Shown here: in pieces, positions 1 through 11,600 of the stretch
Position numbering within the stretch: the first letter of the stretch is position 1
Layout of the letters: every line of letters starts with the position of its first letter
Translations under genes and position numbers: made by a program
Source: Lama glama
Taxonomy: Eukaryota
Length of the DNA: 64,000 nt
Direction of reading: 5' to 3'
Assembly (NCBI GenBank): GCA_028534125.1
Contig: CM052822.1
Coordinates: 59,458,001 to 59,522,000 of the forward strand
The notes under the pieces: model-generated
Database searches by the model: none
Told to the model about the DNA's origin: nothing
What the model saw: the letters and a program-made list of their open reading frames with translations, nothing else

Positions 1-1111
1 TTCTTCATCAGGGCTTTAGAGATGACAACACTGAACCCTGAACTGGCACCTCAGATTGTGTATCAGAAGCCTGCTTTTTTACACACACACACAGAGTTCC
101 CTCGTGAGACCCAGCTACGTGTCCTGTGTCCCCAGGAGCTGGGCATCTCTCCACAGGAGCGTCCAGCCTCTTGAGTAGATGGAGATCACTGATACCTGAT
201 GGTTGGTTTTGGCCATGGGACAAAGGTAGCATGGGGGGAGAGAGTTCTGGAGATAGGGAAGAGGGGTGCCAACAGGAGAGTGGAATTCCTGAGCACCTCG
301 TCACAGGCAGCCGACAGAACATGAGCCTCAGGGCCCAAGCTATTTATATCTCTCCTGTCACTATCAGGGCCCCCAGCTGCCCCCCTCCTAAGCCACGCAC
401 AGCAGGTCCCTGTTCTGTTTCTGGTCCCTTCTCTGCTCCTCCCCCTCCCTAACTAATGAGAAGGGAAAGAAATCATTCATGGACCCCTTTTACCATAAGC
501 ACTACCCACCATAGGACTCCTGAACTTCTCCCCCAGCTCCATAACAGGGATTCCCCTCATTCTGCCCTCAAAAATGCCCACTATTCCTTTCCTTTTCAGT
601 AGGCCTAGTGGGAGAAAAGGAATAAGGTAGAACAATTCATCAGAAACTCCCCAAATTTCAATCATCACACTGCTTGAGTTGGGGCCCAAATTTATGGGCC
701 TGAAGGATGGGAAAGCTGAGGAAGTTTGGTCTAAAGGGGTTACCAGGAGGTGTGGAATGAATGTATCCTACAGAATTGCAGGATATATATTCTCTTTATA
801 TGTGTTCTTTCACCTCATCCCAGGCCAGCTTCTCTGTTGGAGTGCCTCAGTTTCCCTGCTGTCACCATGCCCTAGGCCTGCAGCTGCCCTTGGCTCACCC
901 TGAGCCCAGTCCTGCCCAGACATCCTGGCGGGCTCCCTAGGGCTCTCCCTGCCCACCAGCCCCCATCGCATTTCCCCTTTGCTGCTCTGGGCAGGGCTCT
1001 CCCTGTTTCTGTCTGGCTAACCTGCCCTTTGACTGGAAGGCTCTGCCCTGTGGCCCAAATGGACACATCGCCCAGGGGGGATCCCTCTCCCACCCTCCTC
1101 ATCACCTTGGT

Positions 1112-1211
1112 TGAGTCAGACTTGGAGGGGAGCACAGTGTGACTCACTGGCACTCAGCTCCATTCTTGAGGGGATGAGGCCAAATGGGCTGGTGACAGGG
1201 ACACTGAGTCA
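1112..1211. promoter_or_regulatory. Cluster of three consensus AP-1 sites upstream of FLNC
   Basis: TGAGTCA 1112-1118, TGACTCA 1140-1146, TGAGTCA 1205-1211. Function is inferred. Confidence 0.5.
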
Positions 1212-1599
1212 GGGGTGGCCTCAGTCTTTCCCCTGGGACCCTGGGTTTGGGCTTCAAATTAGACTTTTCTACCTGTAAAGTGGAGCACGCCCACCCCAAG
1301 CCTCTCCCTAATTGGCCTGGGCAGTGACACTACTTCCTCTCAGTCTATCTGCACAGAAGCACACACACTTCCCTTCCCTGTCCGCAGGTGGACAATACCC
1401 TGGGCTAGGAGCCAGGACTCCCAGGCCCTGTCAACAGCCCTGCCATCAACCGATCCAGAAAGTTCTGTCAACACCAGATGAGTGTGTTTTGCCCTAACCA
1501 CTGGCCTCAGTTTCTCTCTGTATATTTCATCTCTGGCTGGCAATGCTTAGTTCTGGTTGGGAGCCCTCACCCCGCCTCACTTTTCAGTTCCACTATCCA

Positions 1600-2650
1600 C
1601 CTCTCCAGCGCGCCGGCCCTGGGTCCCAAGCCCGCGGGGCCGCAGACCCCGGCCACGGGAGAGGGCCCCCTCCCGCCCGCCGGCCACGTGGGGGAGGGGA
1701 GGGAGGGAGGCGGGGCCGGCCGGGTCGGCGCGGCCCCCACCCGCGGGCCAGGCGGCATTCCTGGGAGGCCGGCGCTCTGACGTGGACCCGGGGGCCGCGG
1801 GCGCGGCGGGGGGGACGCGGCCCAGGGGCTTCTTAAACCCCCCGCCCCAGCCCGGCCCGCACTTCCCGAGCACCGCTCCGCCCCCGGAGGGAGAAAGACA
1901 GAGAGAGAGAGAGCGCGGCTGAAGAGCCAAGGAGGCCCGCCGAGTCCCGCCAGAGGCGCGAGAGAAGTTGAGAGCCGCGCAGCGCAGAGCCGCGAGTCGC
2001 GACAGCGCCCCGACAGCGCCCCCAGCCCGAGCCCAGAGCGCCCCCAGCCCGAGCCCAGACGGCAGCACAGCCCCCGCCCCAGCCTGCGCCAGCATGATGA
2101 ACAACAGCGGCTACTCCGAGGCCCCGGGCCTCGGTCTGGGCGACGAAGCGGACGACATGCCGTCCACGGAGAAGGACCTGGCGGAGGACGCGCCATGGAA
2201 GAAGATCCAACAGAACACTTTCACGCGGTGGTGCAACGAGCACCTCAAGTGCGTGGGCAAGCGCCTGACCGACCTACAGCGCGACCTCAGCGACGGGCTG
2301 CGCCTCATCGCGCTGCTCGAGGTCCTCAGCCAGAAGCGCATGTACCGCAAGTTTCACCCGCGCCCCAACTTCCGCCAGATGAAGCTGGAGAATGTGTCTG
2401 TGGCCCTCGAGTTCCTTGAGCGCGAGCACATCAAGCTCGTGTCCATCGGTCAGTGCGGGTGTGGAGGGGTAGTGCTCCGCGGCGGGGCTGACCCATGGGG
2501 ACAGGGGACTCAGGTGTTGGGTGGGCGCGCGGGAAGCCGAAAGGGCAGAGAGCGCCACGGCACCGGGAGAGAACCCCAGCCCGGCTCTCGCCTGCCGATG
2601 CAGACCCCTCGGGCTCTGCCTTCACACCCCTCTGGACGGCCGGCATCCCA
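1600..2650 (+). promoter_or_regulatory. FLNC CpG-island promoter and 5' UTR
   Basis: Dense CpG and GC boxes immediately upstream of and over exon 1. Motifs: CACGTG 1685-1690, TEAD-type CATTCC 1756-1761, TGACGT 1778-1783, TATA-like TCTTAAA 1831-1837, GA repeat ~1890-1912. Confidence 0.85.
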
Positions 2651-5600
2651 AAGAGGTCCGGGAGAGTCCAGACCAGTCCGTTTCTTAATCCTCCAGCTTC
2701 AGTCTCCCCCGCACACTCCCACCAACCCGCCTCTACTCATCTTCCCCTTTCCCGCCATCCGCAACCCCAGCCCTTGTTTGAGAGGACAGGGCCAATGCCT
2801 ATTATTGATTCCTGGGGGCACCTCCCCCCAAACAAAGCAAATGGCTTCCCAGCCTCCCGGCACTTCCAACGGGAAGGAGGAGCAGAAGGCAGGTCCCAAC
2901 CACTGCCCGATCACAGGGCTCAGGGGAGAGCTGGTGACCGGGCGGGCGCGGGGCCTGGGGCCCCCGCAGGCATGTGCTCGGCAGCTGGGTTCAGGCCCAG
3001 GGGCCAGAGCCTGTAGAGCCCAGCTTCGGAAACCTAAAAAGGTCCTGAGCGAGCGCAGGGAGCCTTAACCCCTGCCTGTCCTCTACCGGCTCCAGCCAGC
3101 GGGGGAGGGGGCTCCCTCCTGTCCATGCCCGGCCTCAGCCCACCTTCTAAACCCGGATTGGCTGCAGCTAATGGTCTGGGCTGAGAGGAGGGAGGGAAGG
3201 CCTAGAGAAGGGAGGAAGTCATTGAGTGTAACCAGATTTGGAAGGTGTGTCAGTGCTGGGTGGGGGTGGGGAGGCACTTTAGGCTTGGGAGCTGGGGAGC
3301 CTAGGGTGGACTCTGAGAGGAGAGGGGCTGGCACTCCCCTCACAGGCCTGCAGTCATCCCCGCAGGCTGGAGGGTGGGGGAAGACCCCCTACCCCTGTGG
3401 TGAGCTCTTAAGAGCCCTGCTATGATTTGCAAGAAAGAGCGTGGTGAGGGGGAGCGTAGATGCACTCCGGGGCCCCTGGAAGGGAGTTTCACAGGGGGTC
3501 AGGTGCCCCACCAGGATGCCCCAGAGACTTCTTCAGATAATTGAATGTCTGTCCAACCCCACTCTCCCTTAGGGTATCTCTAGGCCTCCTGAATTAGCTG
3601 CTGAGGTCAGTCTGGGGCCCTTTGCCCTGTCCAGTCCCCTCTCTAGGCCTTACCCCCTCCTGCCCCAAAACTGCCCCCCCCAACCCGCTCTGGCCTGGAA
3701 ATAGCCCTGCCTCCGTGACACAGCAGATGTCTCTGAGCTTTCCAGAAGGACAAGCCTGAGGACAGGGGGTGGGGGAGGGGGCCCTGGTGTGTGTAGTGGG
3801 GCTGAGGGCTGCTTGAGAGCGGGTGTGGTTTGGGGGGGGGTCAGAGAGGAGTTATCCCTGGGGCCTTCATCCCTCAGCAGCTGAGATTTGACCGACAGGA
3901 TTGACTGTCCCATATGGGGTCTCAAGGGGAGGGCCTGGGGCCTCACAGAGACTTTATAGGAAATGGCTCAGCCTTCCCCTCTCCTCCCTGCTGCGGGGGC
4001 GCTCAGCCCCTCTCCAGGCCTCATCCTTCCTGAGCACACCTCTCTCCTCCCCCATGGTGGTGCCTGGCTCCGGCCCCCTTGGCTCAACTGTATGTGGAGA
4101 GGCCGGCTCGGAGGAGAGGGGGAAGAAGCAAAAACTGGTTTGGGGGGCTGGAGGGAACCCTCCATTATGTTCCTTTTGAGGAGAAGGGAACTGTTCCCCA
4201 TTTGGGCCAAGTGGCTCACTCTGCCGCTGCCACCGAGTGAGATAAGCTGTCAGCAATTCAGCTGCTGGGCCCAAGGCTGAGGCTGGAAGGGAGGGGGCAG
4301 GGGCTGCCCAATCCCGAGGTGATTGTAAAGGGTTCGCTGCCAGGTGGGCATCCTGCTTCCTCTAGTTCCTTCTGCCCACTTAGTGGTGGGAAGGGGCTGT
4401 CGGGGTGGCCACCTGGGAGGAGGTCAGAGACTCCCCACTTCCCTTTCTAGGAGTAGGGTGGTAGCTGAGCAGTCCCCCTGAAGGAGGTCCAGGTTCTCAG
4501 CCTGGGTGGAAGGAGCTGTGTGCCCTTACCCCCACCACCCCCTCAGCCCCTCCGAACAAAGAGGCCTATGAGGCAGCTCTGTCCCGCAGCTGTTCCCCAG
4601 TTGCTATTCCTTCTCCTTGAGCCAACCGCCGAGGGAGGGGCTGGAGGGGGCAGCAGCTGTCCCGGCACCTCCCTCACTGGGCCCTCTCTCCTCCCCCTCC
4701 TCTTTGAGGCCTGGGGTGGCCTCAGGGACTGGCTCTCAGACTCCTCCCACCCTTTTGGTGGTATCCCCAGTAGGGTGCAAAGGATGAAGCCTGGCTTGAG
4801 CAGAACTCCCCTTTTCTGCCTGGCCTCCGAGGGGGAGGAGGGAGAGGATGGTCACTGCTCCCAGAGTGGGACTCTGGATCCACCCCTCTCCTGCTGACCA
4901 GGACCACTTGCTGTCTGGCCCAGGGCCAGTTGCTGGGGAGAAACCTCTCCCTGCAGCAAATATGAATGACCCCCCTCCCAACCCCCAGTGCCAGCAGCCT
5001 CAAGACCTCCCTCCCAGGGATCTGGCTCCAGTTTGTAAGAAGCATCTGGGTGTGTGAGCACCAGCTTTGGAGGCTGTCAGGGTTGTGAGAGGCTGTGAGG
5101 CCCTGGGTGTCAAGACTGTGTGAAAGTGTTGTGGGCCTGTGTGTATTTGAGAGAGAATGCACCAAAGCACCGGGAGGCTGGGATTGAGTGTGTCATGGAA
5201 TCTGCAAGCTGCCAAACCATTGTGCTGCAGTGGAGCCAGGGGGAGAAGGGGCGGGCCTGGGGAGCTGCTAGGGAAGGAAGGATGAATCAGTGAAAGGGTG
5301 GGGGAGCCATGGGGGCCAGGGCCCAAAGCCAGAGGGACAGAGAGACTGAGATTCCCCTCCTGAAGCAGGTCGGGGGTGGGGGGTGGAATACTGGGGTTCC
5401 CCCAGGCCTTCACTCTCCTAAGGTTATCTCCCAAGATCTAGGGGCAGGCAGGAAAAGATGTGGAAGGGGGCACTTCCAGCCCCACCCTTCCCATCTCTCA
5501 GGCAACACCAATAAACAAGGCTGTCTTCCACCCCTTCCCAGCCTCCTAAAAGCAGTGCTCAGGGAAGCTGATGGATTTCAGGCCAGCATTGTCTTTTACA

Positions 5601-8600
5601 AATAAGCTGGTTTCCAATGATCTATACTCTATGCCACCTGCAGTTCCTGGATATTTCTCTCTGGCTATTAAAGGAGAACTAGGCCCCCAAAACCGTGGGG
5701 TACCAGTTCTGGTCCATAGTCTTCCTCAAAGGAGGGGATGAATTGAGAGTCTCAGCTTCTGAGACTTGAGTCCACATGGATAACACTCCTCCAGCTCTTG
5801 TGAAATCTCACTAGCCGCCCCTGTCATTTGAAAGCATGGTTTTCAGGCCTTAACAGAACATGCACTATACCCCCTCCCTCCTCCCAGAACTTAGTTCCAA
5901 AAGCCTTTTATAGTGTTCAGAGTAGAATCTGGCTGGAACCAGGTTGGTTCTACTTCTCTCCAACTTCAGGTTTTAAAATATTCGTTCTTTCAACCAGTAC
6001 TTATTGAAATTCTACTAAGTTCTAGACTCTGAGTATAGAAAGATAAAATACTATCTAGAAGGGAAGAAGCCAGACCTAAAAAGAATACATACTGTATGAT
6101 TCTATTCATGTAGAACTCTAGAGAATGCAAACTAATCTGTAGTGACTAAGAGTAGATCAGTTATTGCCTGGGAAGGATGGACAAGAAGGGACAGGAGGAA
6201 CAGGTCACAAAGGAAAGAAAACTTTGGGGAGAGACAGAAACATTTATTATCTTGATTTGTGACGATGGCTTTCTGGGTACATACAGACTCAAAAAAAAAA
6301 ACGTATCCAATTGTACTTTCTAATATGTACAGTTTGTTGTATGTCAAGCATACCTCAAATCAAAGTGTTAAAAAATGAAAGGAAACAAAACAACAGTGTC
6401 TGACCCCAAGAGGCTTATAGTCTCGCATAATTGCATGGATACCTGTAGCCTGATAAGTGCGGTGCTATAGGTGAAATTACTTGCCATAGGAACACGTTGG
6501 TAAACAGCCTTCTGAAGGGAGAAGGGGGGATTTGTCAAGGGCTGGGTCTCTGGGCCAGGCTTCGCAGGAGGGAGAGAATTTGGTGGGCAGAGAAGGGGTA
6601 GGTTCCAGAAGGAGGCCTGACCCCAGCACTAGCAGCAGCCTCAGGAGCTGGGCAGGGGAGAGGGCACTGTGCCGGGAGAGAGTCCCGGGCCCTCCCAAGC
6701 CCTCCCGAGCCCAGCTTGTCCCCTCTGCTCTGCAGACAGCAAGGCCATCGTGGATGGGAACCTGAAGCTGATCCTAGGCCTGATCTGGACACTGATCCTG
6801 CACTACTCCATCTCCATGCCGATGTGGGAGGATGAGGATGATGAGGATGCCCGCAAGCAGACCCCCAAGCAGCGTCTGCTCGGCTGGATCCAGAACAAGG
6901 TGCCCCAGTTGCCCATCACCAACTTTAACCGTGACTGGCAGGACGGCAAAGCGCTGGGCGCCCTGGTGGACAACTGTGCCCCCGGTGAGTAGGACAGCAG
7001 CACTCCATGGACCCCTGACCCTGGAGGGAGAGCTGAGCTGAACTGGTGGTGCCGAGGCTTGTGTTTGTCAGAATGAGTGTCTCAGGGCTGGGGGATCAGG
7101 ACCCCCTGGTCCAGCTGGGAACCACTGCCAGAGTTAGGCCCTCCCTGATGAGTTGCCAATTCCTGCAATAGCAGAAGATTTTACAGACAAGGTCACTGAG
7201 GTCTGGAGAAGGCCTGTGACTTGTCCAAGATCACACAGCTTATCTGAGGCTGCACTGAACCAGAGCCCAAGACCTCGACTCCCTGCTCTGTGAACTTCCT
7301 AGTTTGCTATAAGGATGCCATTTCTGCTCAGCCGGGAGAGAGGAAATGCAGTGGGACTTGTAGAAAGAAGGCCAGGACTTAGACCCACAGAGGCTCCTCT
7401 TTATGAGACCCTAGGACAGCTTTGAGAAGGGGATGAGACCCAGGATGATGTGGGCTGAGGCTGGTGTGACCCTGCCCAGTGGCAGGTGACCCAGCCCTAC
7501 CCTCAGTCAGTGTAGGCCCCGGCCTAGTCAGGTGGGGGCAGCTCAGGGCCCACAAGAAGACAAGCATCACGGACTAGAGCCCTACCCCATGTGTTACTCC
7601 CTTTCTGACCCTCCTCTCCTGGGAAGATAGGTCTTCTCTTCCCCTCTGCCTCTAGGGAGCCATGGCCCCTTGGGGGAATCCTCCCCCAGCCTGGGGTCAG
7701 CCCGGGAGCAGGGGGTGGGAGGCGGGGGCACCGTCCGGCTGCCTGGGAAGCATTCCCAGCTGCTGAGCCATTGCCCACGCTGATGCGACTGCCAGCAGTG
7801 AGCTCAGCTGTTCTGGCCAGTCATGGATTCCAGCCTTTGAGCTGGTCCACTCCCCACCAGTAAGCATTGCCCTCCTCTCCAGCTCTGGCTTGGACCAAGT
7901 ACCCAGTAACCTAGCATTAAGCCTTCCCAGGAGTGACCTCAGCATTCCTCCCATTAGAAGGGCTGGGTTCTGGGTGACCAGAAAGAAGAACCCATCCTCT
8001 CCCAATAGGCCCTTCAATGCCTTTGTTTCCCCAAATGGGCAGTTAGGAAGGAGAGAGAGTCATGCCCCAAGGCTGATGTGCGAAATGCTTGGAGATCTAG
8101 GGCTTCAGGGCAGCTGGGAGAAGACCTTCCAGGAGATGGGTCAGGGACTTGTGCCGGACAGGGACTGCCCACCCCAGAGGCAGCTGGAATGAGGCAGGAG
8201 AGATCTGCCAGGGGTGCCCTTATAGGGGTGTGGTGTTCAGGATCAGTGCTGGGGCCTGGGCAGGCAGGAGGCTGGCTGGCAGGGCTGGTGCCAGGCTGCG
8301 TCAGCTGGGACAGAAAGGCCTCATTGTTGGTGCTCGGGAGGGCTGCCGTTCCTCTAAACAGCGATGGGCATCCCAGCTGATGGGCTACAGCATAGAGGGT
8401 CAGCAGAAACCTGGCTGGTCAGGGCCCCAGAGCTGTGTGGGAGGGAGCGTGAACTCACAGCCTGTGACGGTCTTGGGCCAGCAAATGCTCTGTATTCTGG
8501 CTGACCACTTTCCCCTAATCATTGCCTCCCTCTGCCATCTCTCCAGGCCTCTGCCCTGACTGGGAGGCCTGGGACCCCAACCAGCCTGTGGAGAACGCCC

Positions 8601-11600
8601 GGGAGGCCATGCAGCAGGCGGACGACTGGCTCGGGGTGCCCCAGGTACGCTGACGGATCAGGCAGTGGGAGAGTCTAGGGGCCAGAGGGCCAAGGATGGA
8701 GTTGGGTCTGTAGGGATATCCGGTCAGGATGTGGGGAGAACCGAGGTTGCTGGGTAAGGAGGGCACCTTGTAACTCCCTTCCTCCCTGTGGCAGGTGATT
8801 GCCCCCGAGGAGATTGTGGACCCCAATGTGGATGAGCATTCTGTCATGACCTACCTGTCCCAGTTCCCCAAGGCCAAACTCAAACCTGGTGCCCCTGTTC
8901 GCTCCAAGCAGCTGAACCCCAAGAAGGCCATTGCCTATGGGCCTGGTATGTGCTGAGCCCCTGGCAGTCCGCCCCAGACAGCTGGGCACAGGCTTGGAAG
9001 GATCTCCCTAAGTTATCTGTCTCCACTTTCTGCCCCTCAGGCATCGAGCCCCAGGGCAACACTGTGCTGCAGCCCGCACACTTCACCGTGCAGACGGTGG
9101 ATGCTGGTGTGGGCGAGGTGCTGGTCTACATCGAGGATCCCGAGGGCCACACTGAGGAGGTATGGAGAGGCCTCTGGGACGAGGGGGATTAGCGTGGGAT
9201 GAGACAAGAGTCCACAGGCCAACAATAGCATTGGCCTGGTGATGGCTGCTGGAGTCACCCACTGTGCTGGGGACAGGGGCGGGGTGCTTACCGTTTGGGC
9301 CTCCAGGTGCTGTGGGGTCAGGAGGGGCTACAGCCACTGTGATTGCCAGTCTTTTCCGTTCCCAATAGGCCAAAGTGGTTCCCAACAACGACAAGAACCG
9401 CACCTACGCTGTCTCCTATGTGCCCAAGGTCGCCGGCTTGCACAAGGTATCTCCCTGCAGGACCTCCCCTGACCTCCCCATTCCATTCACATCCTGGCCG
9501 TGCACCGGCCACCCACCTCCCACCCACCTTGGCTCTGCTCTGCTCCTCCACCCCCTCTCAGAGCTGCTCTCCTCTAGCTCCTCTCCTCTAGCTAATCTCT
9601 GGCCCTTGACCCCCAGGTGACCGTGCTCTTTGCTGGCCAGAACATCGAACGCAGCCCCTTTGAGGTGAATGTGGGCATGGCCCTGGGGGATGCCAACAAG
9701 GTGTCAGCCCGTGGTCCTGGCCTGGAGCCTGTGGGCAACGTGGCCAACAAACCCACCTACTTTGACATCTACACAGCAGGTGAGGAAGGGTCCTAGGAGG
9801 TTTCAGGCGGGCAGCCCCTCACAGCATGGGGAGGGTGTGCGTGGGGGACTGGGGCAGGGTCCCAGCCAGAGAGGGGTGGTCTTGGGGGAGGGATCCCTGA
9901 GCATCTGTGCATGTCCAGAATGGGGGCTAATCGCCATTGTCGTGACAGGGGCTGGCACTGGTGATGTTGCTGTGGTGATCGTGGACCCGCAGGGCCGGCG
10001 GGACACAGTGGAGGTGGCCCTGGAGGACAAAGGCGACAGCACGTTCCGCTGCACATACAGGCCTGTGATGGAGGGGCCCCACACGGTGCATGTGGCCTTC
10101 GCTGGTGCCCCCATCACCCGCAGTCCTTTCCCCGTCCATGTGGCAGAAGGTAAAGGCCCTTCACCCATCCTTACCATCTCCCTCGCTGAGGCCAGGACGC
10201 AGAGAGCATTTCCACCAAATTCTGAGTCTGAGGATTCATGGGAAATGAAGCACTAAATCCAGGGGTTGGTTGAGGGGAGCCATCTGAAGGCTTAAAATGG
10301 GCAGAAGGAAGAGCCAAGGGGTGGGGCTCTTGAGAGATCATCTGTCCATCCCGTCCCTGAGAAGGGTCAGGAGGCCTCAGAGAAGGATACCAGACAGGCG
10401 CCACCATGAAAGGGCGAGGGAAAAGGGACGGTGAGCCCCTGTAGGGCAGGCCCTCAGGTGGTGACTCCCCCCACTCGGTTCTCTCTCTACCACTCAGAGC
10501 CCTTGCCGCCTCTCGCCCCCTCTGTGCCCATCGTCCACCAGGCCAGGAGAGTGGCACCACGTTAGTACACGCCAGCGGAGGCGGGGCCAGGCATGGCCAT
10601 AGCTGACTGGCCTCACCTGTGCTGTGTGGCATGGCCCGAGCGGTGTGGAGTCGCCCCCTTCCGTGGCATTCTGTGACAGGCCCCAGGTTCCATGCCTTTG
10701 CTTATGTTCTGTGGCAGATCTCGTTTCTTGCCACTTGCCTGATGAGTTCTGTGATGAAGATCTCAGTTCCATGCCATTGTCTGTTCTGTGGCAGGCCTGG
10801 ATTATATGTCATTGCCTGTTTGGTGGCACCCTTAAGTTCCATGCCATTTTATGTGTTCCGTGGCAGGTTGAGATCACTGTTCTTTGGCCTGTGTTCAGTA
10901 GCAAAGTCTGGGTTCATTGCCACTGGCAGTGTTCTGTGGCAGGCTGACTTTTATATGAATTGCCTGTGATCTGTGGCAGGCTTCTTGTTATATGAATACC
11001 TCTCATTCCATGATGTTGCTGAGTGTTTTGTGGCATGTCATTCCCAAAGCTGCTGTGGTAGCTCTGAGAAGGCTCAGATGGTTCTAGGTGGATGGCCTTG
11101 GGGTGGGTAAGGCGCCCTTCCCTGTGTCTCTGCTCAAGTCTCTGCCCAGGCTCTGCTATGCCTTTGTCCCAGGCGACACTGACTCTGAGAAGCCCAGCGG
11201 GAAGGGTTTCTTATAACCAGCCTGATGAGGGGGGCTAGGGGCGCTGTGGCCGGCTCCCTGCCTAGCATGGCTCCCAGTGGTGTCCGGGGCACCAGGGAGC
11301 CCAGGGGAGGGTTGCATGAGGCCATGGCCTGTGCCTGTGGGTGTCGGGAGGACTGTGCATAGGGAGGTGGGGGACAAATGGTGGGAGGCTGAGGATCTGT
11401 CTAGGGCCCCTCAGTGCCCCCAACCCCGCCTCTTCTCTTCCTCCCAGCCTGTAACCCCAATGCCTGCCGTGCCTCTGGGCGGGGCCTGCAGCCCAAGGGT
11501 GTACGTGTCAAAGAGGTGGCTGACTTCAAGGTGTTCACCAAGGGTGCTGGCAGCGGGGAACTCAAGGTCACAGTCAAAGGACCAAGTGAGTGGCAGGGCC

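Noticed and set aside
1968-3068. 366-aa ORF covering the FLNC start
   Set aside because: It is FLNC exon 1 plus in-frame 5' UTR (TTG start) and read-through into GC-rich intron 1. There is no evidence for an N-terminal extension or a separate protein.
10620-11040. CRISPR-like appearance of the ~37-bp array
   Set aside because: Mammalian intron, units diverged and contiguous, no unique spacers, no cas genes. Kept only as a tandem repeat.
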